Origin: Acidobacteriota bacterium
GTDB taxonomy: Bacteria; Acidobacteriota; Thermoanaerobaculia; Thermoanaerobaculales; Sulfomarinibacteraceae
Length of the DNA stretch: 59,083 nucleotides
Assembly: GCA_013152925.1 (NCBI GenBank)
Contig: JAADFK010000118.1
Span: 1 to 59,083 of the forward strand
Direction of reading: 5' to 3'
The position numbers were made by a program, and so were the translations under genes. Below, one piece after another: positions 17,947-25,323 of the stretch (positions are counted from its first letter, which is position 1; the number at the start of each line of letters is the position of its first letter). The notes under the pieces are model-generated. The model worked only from the letters and a program-made list of their open reading frames with translations. It was not told where the DNA came from and made no database searches.

Positions 17947-18621
17947 CTACTTGATGTGGCAGGTGGTGCAGAGCGCGCTGGCGGTGTTGTCCATCACCAG
18001 GAAGGGCACGTTCGTCGGATCATGCACCTCGTGGCAGGAGGTGCACTGGACCTTGCTGTTGATGAGGAGCGCCGCCACCGCCGTGTCTGTGGCTGGATCG
18101 TTCAGGGCGCCATCGGCGGTCGCCAGGGCTGTGTCGTAGGTGAAGTTGACGGGATGATCGTCGGTCAGGTCCGTCCCCAGGTTGGCCGTGCTGATGATCA
18201 GTCCACCGGAATCGATTCGCCCGGAAATGGCCGTGATGGTCGGCGTGGTATCCTCGTTGGGCGGGTTGTACATGCTGGCAACGGAGACCGTGCCGTCGTG
18301 ACAGGACAGGCAGAGGTTCGAGGTCGGCGCCGTACCGGCCGTGGCGCCGCCAAGGTCCGTGACGTCGGTGGCGTCCAGCGTCGAGCTCGAGTAGGTGCCG
18401 TAGCTCGCCGTTGAGGACAGCGTGTGGTTCCACAGGGGGTACTGGCCGTTGGCCGCGCTGGCCTGGTGAGGGGTGTGGCAGAACACACAGACGCGGGTCA
18501 CATCGGTGGCAGGGGTCCCACCGGTGGTGCTCAGGTCGTGTTTCGAGCCAACGATGGTCTGCGCGTTGGCCATGACGGCGGTGACAAGCACCGCCAGGCA
18601 GATGATCAAAACTCTCTTCAT
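17947..18621 (-). CDS. omcE: OmcE-family tetraheme cytochrome c, candidate nanowire subunit
   Basis: GGAGG RBS and signal peptide. KHDLS...CVFCHTPH...PLWN...CLSCHDG...NLGTDLTDDHPVNF...CTSCHEVHD...PFL...LCTTCH.K matches the recalled Geobacter OmcE motif order throughout. Confidence 0.85.
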   Translation of the reverse strand: MKRVLIICLAVLVTAVMANAQTIVGSKHDLSTTGGTPATDVTRVCVFCHTPHQASAANGQYPLWNHTLSSTASYGTYSSSTLDATDVTDLGGATAGTAPTSNLCLSCHDGTVSVASMYNPPNEDTTPTITAISGRIDSGGLIISTANLGTDLTDDHPVNFTYDTALATADGALNDPATDTAVAALLINSKVQCTSCHEVHDPTNVPFLVMDNTASALCTTCHIK

Positions 18622-18690
18622 GATTCCTCCCTCGTTCTCCATATTTTCCCCCCACCCCCTCGAATCGCGGGTGCGAGTGCCAACAGGAGT

Positions 18691-18706
18691 TGCAACCTCC
18701 GTGCCA
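18691..18706 (-). promoter_or_regulatory. sigma54 -24/-12 promoter for omcE
   Basis: TGGCAC-GGAGG-TTGCA, a perfect consensus. Confidence 0.85.
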
Positions 18707-18958
18707 GCCGTGTGGAGGCCCCTGCTGCGGCAGGTGACCCGTGGGCGCGGACGAGGACCGTCGGTCCCGGGGCTCGTTGAGAAACCCGCCCCAACCGGCT
18801 CTTTGGGGTCCATTTCAGTGGAATTGCACGTCTCCTCAAGCGTCCAAGGGAAGCCCTCGCCGCCGGATCCGCCGGGAAAGGGACCCGCACGGGCGCAGGC
18901 GTTGCCACCTGCAATGGGCGGAGCGGCCTCCCGGAGGTGTTTCCAGACCCGCAGGAAT

Positions 18959-19006
18959 GGGGTGAAAAGGCGCAGCCAACGGCGCCGGGCTGGGGATTAT
19001 TCCCCA
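18959..19006. promoter_or_regulatory. Paired palindromic sites (TGGGG-N6-CCCCA), candidate enhancer
   Basis: TGGGGATTATTCCCCA at 18991-19006 and a weaker GGGGTGAAAAGGCGCA at 18959-18974. Confidence 0.55.
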
Positions 19007-20058
19007 CTCTTCGGCTCGATGAAGCGGAAGAGCTGAACCCGCTTGTTGAGCTGGTCCACCACGGCGAAGAAGGGCCCATGGACTGCCACGCCGCCGGGGA
19101 GCTGGAACTGGCCGGGGCCGCTGCCGTTTTCGCCGACGAAGGTCAGCAGCCTGAGGTCGGCGTCGAAGATCTGGACGTTGCCGAAGGCGGCGTCGGTGAC
19201 GAAGACCAGGCCGTCGGCGTTGACGGCCACGTCCTTGGGCCGGACGAAGTTGCCGAAGCCAACGCCCAGGGCGCCGAAGGTCTCCAGCACCTCGCCGTCG
19301 GTGGTGAACACCTGGACGCGGGAGTTCATCTGGTCGACGACGAAGAGATCGCCCTCCGGCGAAAACGCCAGGGCGGAGGGGAAGTTGAACTGGCCCGGTC
19401 CCGTGCCCCGGGATCCGAAGCTCATGACGATCTCGCCGGTTCGGAGATCGAAGACCACGACCTTGTGGGCCTTGGAGTCGGTGACGTAAAGCCGGGTGCC
19501 GTCGGGCGAGACCTTGGCGTCGGTCGGATTGACCAGCTCTCCCTGGTGGCCGAAGACCTTGAGCAGCTTGCCCTCGGGCGAGAAGGCCACAACCTTGGTC
19601 AGGCCGGGATCCGCCACGTAGATCGTGCCGTCAGGCCCCACGGAGACACCAAGGGGAACCTTGAGACGGACCGCTCCCTTGACGCCGATCACGTCCATCT
19701 TGCGGCCGGCGCGGTCGAAGCGCACCAGGGCGCTGGTTCCCGGGTCGGTCACGAGGATCCGGTTCTGGCCGTCCAGGGCCACGCCGAAGGGCTTCTTGAG
19801 GAAGTCCCACGGGCTGTGGGGGCTCGAGCCGATGAGCGCCTTCTCGAAATTGGAGCGTGGCTCCACGTCGAGGCGGCTGTGGATGATGTCCACGAGCCGG
19901 ATGCGGGGCGTGTCCGGAGGTGGCGGCCACACATACTCGGCGTACTTGTCCTCGCGGCTCTTGGCCTCGGTGGGCTCGGCCTTGTGGACCGTGGTGCAGG
20001 CGAGGCTCCCGGCGGCCAGCGCCAGGGCGAGAACGAAACGGCAGGCTCGGGTCATCAT
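18997..20058 (-). CDS. NHL-repeat six-bladed beta-propeller lipoprotein
   Basis: Lipobox SLAC; VWPPPPDTPRI; repeated FG..G...GQF..P...A; GGAGG upstream. Confidence 0.9.
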   Translation of the reverse strand: MMTRACRFVLALALAAGSLACTTVHKAEPTEAKSREDKYAEYVWPPPPDTPRIRLVDIIHSRLDVEPRSNFEKALIGSSPHSPWDFLKKPFGVALDGQNRILVTDPGTSALVRFDRAGRKMDVIGVKGAVRLKVPLGVSVGPDGTIYVADPGLTKVVAFSPEGKLLKVFGHQGELVNPTDAKVSPDGTRLYVTDSKAHKVVVFDLRTGEIVMSFGSRGTGPGQFNFPSALAFSPEGDLFVVDQMNSRVQVFTTDGEVLETFGALGVGFGNFVRPKDVAVNADGLVFVTDAAFGNVQIFDADLRLLTFVGENGSGPGQFQLPGGVAVHGPFFAVVDQLNKRVQLFRFIEPKSGE

Positions 20059-20072
20059 CTCGGTCCTCCGGA

Positions 20073-21824
20073 TCACTTGGGATGGCAGTGGGCGCAGGCC
20101 TCGAAGGTGGTCCTGGCACCCCAGCGCAGCAACAGGCGCGACCGGCCCTTGTGGGGGTTGTGGCAGCTCAGGCAGTGGAGCGTACCCTCGAAGTGGGCGT
20201 CGTTTCGCTTGAGCTCCTCCGCGCTCGGCGTTCCCAGCACCCGGTGGTTGGTCACCGGGTGACCGCGGGTGCCGTCCGGGCTGAGCCTGAGGGACGCCAT
20301 GACGCGGGCGACCTCCGCCGGGATCTCGAACTGGCCCAGCACCTGCACCGGCTTCGTGGAGCCCCGCGGCGGCGTGTGGCTCGCATCGTGACAGCTGAGG
20401 CAAAGCGCGTCCGGATCCTTGCGCAGGAGGTGCTTCCGTGAGCCCCCGTGGGGCTCGTGGCAGGCCCGGCAGCCGATCAGCGTGATGGCGCCGTGGGCCA
20501 CCTCGTTCGGGCCGGCTCCCATGTCGTCGTGACAGCTCAGGCACTCCTTGCCGGCCGGCTCCTTGACCAGGTGGTCCTGGGCGCTGGCGTGGGGGTTGTG
20601 ACAGGTGGTGCAGGGCGCCATCTCCAGGGCCGCATGGGGGAAGGCGGCCTGCTTGATCGTCTCACCGATCGCGTCGTGACAGGTCAGACACAGGCTGGAC
20701 TCACCATCGTCCATCAGCTTGTTGTACGCCCCCTCGTGGCAGGTGTCGCAGCCCTCGAGGACGGGGGGATGAACGGTCTTGGCCAGGAGGTGCTCGTTGC
20801 CGTCGCCGTGGGGCGTGTGGCAGCTGACGCAGGGCAGCGTGTTCATGTCGGCGCCGAGGTGCGCCGTACGGAGCTCCTTGTCGTCGGCGTCGTGGCATTC
20901 CAGGCACAGCGCGGGCGTGGCCTCCGTCAGCAGGTGCCGTTGGGACGCGTCGTGGGGCTTGTGGCAGTTGGTGCAATCCTCGGCGGCGGCCGCATGCCCG
21001 GTGCCGGCTCTCGCCGCCTTGACGATCTCCGGATGGCACTTCTCACAGAGGTCGGGACCCCCGGCAACCAGCAGGGAGGCGTTGTCGCTCATGTGAGGGT
21101 TGTGACAGGCGACGCAGACCTTCCGGTTGCGCCGGCGATCGAGGGCCGGATGAACGCTGACCGCCTTGGGGTCGACGATCTCTCCGTGGCAGGAGGTGCA
21201 CACCTTGGCACCGCGGGCGCGCAGCCTGACCCGGCCCGCGAAGGGCTTGCGGTGGCACGCATCGCATTCACCCTCGCCGAAGGGCGGGTGCTGGACCGAA
21301 CCGAGCAGCATGTTCGGCGCCTCGCTTCCGTGGGGCGCGTGACAGGCGAGACAGTTGACCTGCTTCCCCAGCTGGCCGCCATGCTTGGGCTGGAGCCCCT
21401 CCATGTCGTGGCATTCAAAACAGAGGGCGGGAACGGCCTCGTTGAGGAGGTGTTTCTGGGTGCTGCCGTGGGGGTCATGGCAGTTGAGGCACGAGTCAGT
21501 GACGGGGGCGTGCGAGCTCGCCAGCTTGCCCTCGGCCGCCTTCTCCTTGTCGTCGTGACACTCCAGGCAGAGGGCGGGGACCTTCTCGTTGAGCCCGATG
21601 GTCGTGCCCGTGCTGGAGATCTGGACATCGTGGCAGGAGGTGCAGTCCTCCTCGGCCGGGGGATGGACCGAGGTCTTGCCCCGGAGAAGCTTCCCGTGGC
21701 AGGTGGAGCACCTCGAAGCCTCCACCGAGACGAGCCGCGGATGCGAGCCCGCCACGGCCACGGGCGCGAAGGCGATCATGGCAAACGATGTGATCAACGC
21801 TGGACGTACGATCCACTTCAACAC
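20073..21824 (-). CDS. Large periplasmic multiheme cytochrome c (21 CxxCH)
   Basis: GTG start with GGAGGA RBS; signal peptide. 21 CxxCH counted in repeating H-x-P...CxxCH-x-PH...LCxxCH units. Confidence 0.92.
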   Translation of the reverse strand: MLKWIVRPALITSFAMIAFAPVAVAGSHPRLVSVEASRCSTCHGKLLRGKTSVHPPAEEDCTSCHDVQISSTGTTIGLNEKVPALCLECHDDKEKAAEGKLASSHAPVTDSCLNCHDPHGSTQKHLLNEAVPALCFECHDMEGLQPKHGGQLGKQVNCLACHAPHGSEAPNMLLGSVQHPPFGEGECDACHRKPFAGRVRLRARGAKVCTSCHGEIVDPKAVSVHPALDRRRNRKVCVACHNPHMSDNASLLVAGGPDLCEKCHPEIVKAARAGTGHAAAAEDCTNCHKPHDASQRHLLTEATPALCLECHDADDKELRTAHLGADMNTLPCVSCHTPHGDGNEHLLAKTVHPPVLEGCDTCHEGAYNKLMDDGESSLCLTCHDAIGETIKQAAFPHAALEMAPCTTCHNPHASAQDHLVKEPAGKECLSCHDDMGAGPNEVAHGAITLIGCRACHEPHGGSRKHLLRKDPDALCLSCHDASHTPPRGSTKPVQVLGQFEIPAEVARVMASLRLSPDGTRGHPVTNHRVLGTPSAEELKRNDAHFEGTLHCLSCHNPHKGRSRLLLRWGARTTFEACAHCHPK

Positions 21825-21853
21825 GGCTTGAGCTCCTCCGGAAAACACTCGAG

Positions 21854-22240
21854 CTATCCCGGCGATTGTGCGGCGGCATCCCGGGAGCCGACGCGATCGA
21901 GCAGATCCCGAACGGCCAGGCGCAGCTGCCGGATCTCCACAGGGGAGACAGCGGCATCGGCCACCGCCTGCGGCACGGGCTCGCCCGCCGGGAGGGCGGT
22001 CAGGGAATAGTAGAGGAGATAGGGGATCTCCGGGCGGCAGGAGGTGCAGATCTTCAGAAGGTCGTCCCACGGCAAACGCCCGGCGGTGAGACCGATGAGA
22101 ACGGCGTCCGGCGGCGCCTCGGAGAGCACCCGGCGCGCCTCCTCGAAGGTGGGCAGCACGTCGTAATCCACCCCCGGCGGCAGCAACCGGGTGATCGTCC
22201 ACGCCGTCAGCGGCGAGCAGTCGAGAATCGCGATCCGCAT
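21854..22240 (-). CDS. Stand-alone atypical (pseudo-)receiver domain protein
   Basis: REC fold pattern MRIAILD...FEEARRVL...PPDAVLIG, with the phosphoacceptor position occupied by Gly; contains CTSC. Confidence 0.6.
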   Translation of the reverse strand: MRIAILDCSPLTAWTITRLLPPGVDYDVLPTFEEARRVLSEAPPDAVLIGLTAGRLPWDDLLKICTSCRPEIPYLLYYSLTALPAGEPVPQAVADAAVSPVEIRQLRLAVRDLLDRVGSRDAAAQSPG

Positions 22241-22263
22241 CGTTCCACCTGGGCGACAACATC

Positions 22264-22279
22264 AGCAAGGATCGTGCCA
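22264..22279 (-). promoter_or_regulatory. sigma54 -24/-12 promoter
   Basis: TGGCAC-GATCC-TTGCT, perfect consensus, in the 45-bp gap before gene 22240. Confidence 0.85.
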
Positions 22280-22285
22280 TCAGCG

Positions 22286-23644
22286 TCACCCGGCGAGCTC
22301 GGGAAAACGTTTGAGCCGGTAACGGAGCTGGTCCCGGGTGATCCCCAGGAGCTCGGCCGCCCGGGTCTGGTTGCCTCCCGTGGCCCGCATGGCCCTCCGG
22401 ACCAGCTCCCGCTCGGCGGTCTCCAGGGGGACGATGCCCGCCAGGGGATCGTCCGGAGACGAGGCGACCGGCCCCCCGGTTTCCGGATCGAGAATGAGGG
22501 AAGATGGCGTGATCTCCTCGTTCTTCTCCAGGATCATGGCCCGCTCCACCACGTTGCGCAGCTCCCGCACGTTGCCCGGCCACGAATAGCCCAGCAGGAG
22601 ATTCTCGGCCTGCCGGGTCAGACCGCTGAAACGCCGGCCCATGGCGGGTTGCAACATCCGGAGGAAGGCCCGTGCCAGCGGGAGAACATCCTCCTGGCGT
22701 TCCCGGAGCGGCGGTACGGTGATGGGGAAGACGTTGAGCCGGTAGTAGAGGTCCGCACGGAAGGCGCCGGCGGCCACCATCTTGCGGAGATCCTGGTTCG
22801 TCAGGGCAATGACGCGGGTCTCCACACGGATCTCCCGGAGCCCTCCCACGCGCCGGAAGACCCTGGACTCGAGAAACTGCAGCAGCTTGGCCTGCACCTC
22901 GAGCTTGAGCTCGCTGATCTCGTCGAGCACGACGCATCCCGCCGCAGCCAGCTCGAGAGTCCCCTTCTTGGAGGCCTTGGCGTCGGTGAAGGCCCCGCGC
23001 TCGTGGCCGAAGAGCTCGCTTTCCACCAGGTGCTCTGGAAGCGCCGCGCAGTTGATCTCCAGGAGGGGCTTGTGCCGGCGTTCCGAGGCGGCGTGGATGT
23101 ACCGTGCCACCACGTTCTTGCCGGTCCCGCTCTCGCCCTGGATGAGAATGGTGTCCACGTGGGACTGGGCCACCTGGCAGGCGATCTCCAACACCCGCTT
23201 GAACGCCGGCGAGTGGGCCACGATGTCGACGCTGGTGCGGCTCTCCTGCTCACGGCGGGCGACCTGGGCGGTGAGGCACTCTTCCCGCCGTGCCAGCGAC
23301 CGGTCGATCAGCTCGAGGAGCTCCGGGGTGTCCACCGGCTTCGAAAGAAAATCGAAGGCGCCGAGCTTCATGGCGCGGACGGCATCCTCCACCTCGCCGA
23401 CGGCGGTCATGACGATGGTGACGGTACTTTCCAAGTCGGCGTGGTGGGCCTCGAAAAAATCGAGACCGTGCCCGTCCGGCAGGGCGAGGTCCAGGAGCAT
23501 GAGGTCCGGCTGGCGCCTCCTCAGGCGTTCGGCCGCCTCCGCAAGGTTGCCGGCTTCATCGACGGCATGACCGGCCTTCGCAAGCCGCTTGGCGAGCGTC
23601 CAGCGAAGCAGCTCTTCGTCCTCCACCAGCAGGATCAACGCCAT
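22286..23644 (-). CDS. sigma54-dependent response regulator (NtrC/AtoC family, REC-AAA+-Fis HTH)
   Basis: LLVEDE...LLDLALPD, GESGTGKN, ESELFGHERGAFTDA, WPGNVRELRN, NQTRAAELLGI. Confidence 0.95.
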   Translation of the reverse strand: MALILLVEDEELLRWTLAKRLAKAGHAVDEAGNLAEAAERLRRRQPDLMLLDLALPDGHGLDFFEAHHADLESTVTIVMTAVGEVEDAVRAMKLGAFDFLSKPVDTPELLELIDRSLARREECLTAQVARREQESRTSVDIVAHSPAFKRVLEIACQVAQSHVDTILIQGESGTGKNVVARYIHAASERRHKPLLEINCAALPEHLVESELFGHERGAFTDAKASKKGTLELAAAGCVVLDEISELKLEVQAKLLQFLESRVFRRVGGLREIRVETRVIALTNQDLRKMVAAGAFRADLYYRLNVFPITVPPLRERQEDVLPLARAFLRMLQPAMGRRFSGLTRQAENLLLGYSWPGNVRELRNVVERAMILEKNEEITPSSLILDPETGGPVASSPDDPLAGIVPLETAERELVRRAMRATGGNQTRAAELLGITRDQLRYRLKRFPELAG

Positions 23645-23647
23645 GGC

Positions 23648-25138
23648 TCAGGCCTCCCTCTGACCGGCGGGCACACTCCCGTGCGCCGGATCGGGAAGGA
23701 GCAGGAACACCGTCGTTCCCTCTCCCGGAGCAGAGGATACCTCGATACTCCCCCCGTGTTCCTCGACGATCTTCGAGGCGACGGCCAGCCCGAGCCCCGT
23801 TCCGTGCAGCTTGGTGGTGAAGAAGGGCTCGAACACACGCTTCTGGGTCTCCTCATCCATCCCGTGGCCGTCATCGACGACGGCGAGGATCAGGCCGTTT
23901 CCCTCCGGGAAAGGGGTCGCCAGGAGCTCGATCGTTCCCGGATCCCCGATGGCGTCCGCGGCGTTGGTGATCAGGTTGACGATGACCTGGCGAATCTGGC
24001 CCGGATCGAGGGTGAAGGTCCCCACGTGCTCGTCCACGGCAACGGTCAGGGTGATGTTCCGCCGGGAAAACCCCGGTCGCACGAGCCCGGCGACGTCCTC
24101 CAGCAGATCCCGGATATCCGTCGTGACCCGGCGCGGCTTTCTCGGACGGGCGAAGTGAAGAAGCGAATGCAGGGTCTCGTTGACCCTTCTCAGCTCCTCG
24201 AGCATCCGCCGGTAGAGCTCGATCCGCTCGTCGTTGCCGCACTCCTCCACCAGGAGCTCCAGGGCGCCCTGCACGCCGGCAAGAGGATTCTTGATCTCGT
24301 GGGCCAGTCCCGCGGCGAGCTGGCCCATTGAGGCGAGCCGCTCCGCGTCCGCAAACCGGCTCTCCATGGTGGCACGTTCCTCGTGATGCTCCCGGAGGGT
24401 CCTTTCCAGGCTCCGGTACAGCTCCTGCGACAACGAGTCCATTCCCAGGGTCACCGATGGCGAAGGCGCCGGGGCCGATGGCTCCGCGGCCACCCGTGCC
24501 TTCAGAGCGTCCACGGACGCCCAGGCCAGCCGCCGGCTCGCCAGGTTGATCACCGCCACCAGCGCAATCCACCCCGCGACGAGCACGGCGAGACCACGCC
24601 CGGCACGGGATCGTGTCGCCTTCAAGGAATCGCTGATGTCGCGGGAGACCACGGCGGCGCCGAGGACGGCGCCGCGGGGGTGGCATGGCTCGCAATCCCG
24701 GGTCGCACGGATCTTCGCCATCGCGGTGAGCGTTGCCAGGCGCCCCTTCTCGAAGATCCGGACCTGCCGGTTCTTTCCGGCCGACAGGAAGGCTGCGACC
24801 CCGGGCTCATCGGCGCCCTCGGGAGAGATGGGCTTGCCCTCCGCATCGAAAAGGCTCAAGCCGAGAACCCGGTGGGACGTCACGAACTCATCCAGCCGGT
24901 GCTGAAGGTCGTTTGCATCCGAGCACACCATGGCCGGGTGGATGCTGTTCACCGCATCGGCCAGGAGGAGCCCACTGTCGCTCTCGTAGGTCATGGAGAC
25001 CTCCCCCATGATGAGGTGAAACACGGCCAGGTACAGCAGGGCGAATGCCACGAGATGCAGCGGCGCCTGGATCAGGATGGTCCGAGGGGACCATGGCAGG
25101 CGGAATCCATGGCTCGTGGCGTGCGGCTTCGAGAACAC
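23648..25138 (-). CDS. Sensor histidine kinase with periplasmic c-type heme motif
   Basis: TM - periplasmic domain with CEPCH - TM; H-box LAHEIKNPL; N/G boxes NLITNA, DDGHG, FFTTK, GTGLGL. Start codon is uncertain (GTG 25138 chosen). Confidence 0.9.
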   Translation of the reverse strand: MFSKPHATSHGFRLPWSPRTILIQAPLHLVAFALLYLAVFHLIMGEVSMTYESDSGLLLADAVNSIHPAMVCSDANDLQHRLDEFVTSHRVLGLSLFDAEGKPISPEGADEPGVAAFLSAGKNRQVRIFEKGRLATLTAMAKIRATRDCEPCHPRGAVLGAAVVSRDISDSLKATRSRAGRGLAVLVAGWIALVAVINLASRRLAWASVDALKARVAAEPSAPAPSPSVTLGMDSLSQELYRSLERTLREHHEERATMESRFADAERLASMGQLAAGLAHEIKNPLAGVQGALELLVEECGNDERIELYRRMLEELRRVNETLHSLLHFARPRKPRRVTTDIRDLLEDVAGLVRPGFSRRNITLTVAVDEHVGTFTLDPGQIRQVIVNLITNAADAIGDPGTIELLATPFPEGNGLILAVVDDGHGMDEETQKRVFEPFFTTKLHGTGLGLAVASKIVEEHGGSIEVSSAPGEGTTVFLLLPDPAHGSVPAGQREA

Positions 25139-25282
25139 TTGGCAACCCCCCAAGCGGGAGATTGTACCCCAGCTCAATTGTTCCTGACGGCAAGTTGCGA
25201 TAGTCTTGGCCCAGAAGCGAAGCGATCCGGAACGCTCATGCCACACGGCACGGTGGCCGGCGTGGAACACGGCCACGCGCGG

Positions 25283-25298
25283 CGGAACGGTTCTTGCT
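25283..25298 (+). promoter_or_regulatory. Probable sigma54 promoter for the plus-strand cytochrome operon
   Basis: CGGAAC-GGTTC-TTGCT (GG-N10-GC), 13 nt before a GGAGG RBS. Confidence 0.6.
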
Positions 25299-25323
25299 CG
25301 CTGTTTGACTGGAGGTGGCGACC

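Noticed and set aside
15183-17954. 923-aa plus-strand ORF, and similar long antisense ORFs (21866-24331, 28701-32372, 50291-52276, 55207-57258, 9971-11530)
   Set aside because: These are shadow frames of well-supported genes on the opposite strand in high-GC DNA, with no recognisable motifs.
18622-18996. GEMM (c-di-GMP/cGAMP) riboswitch upstream of omcE
   Set aside because: No GEMM consensus was recognisable by eye, and the sigma54 promoter leaves only a ~55-nt leader. An Infernal scan would be decisive.
21825-22937. N-terminal 370-aa extension of the 954-aa ORF
   Set aside because: It overlaps the receiver and regulator genes in another frame. The real cytochrome starts at GTG 21824 with an RBS and signal peptide.
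25227-25243. sigma54-like element TGGCAT-GAGCG-TTCCG upstream of the kinase (minus strand)
   Set aside because: It lacks the -12 GC, so it is too weak to call.
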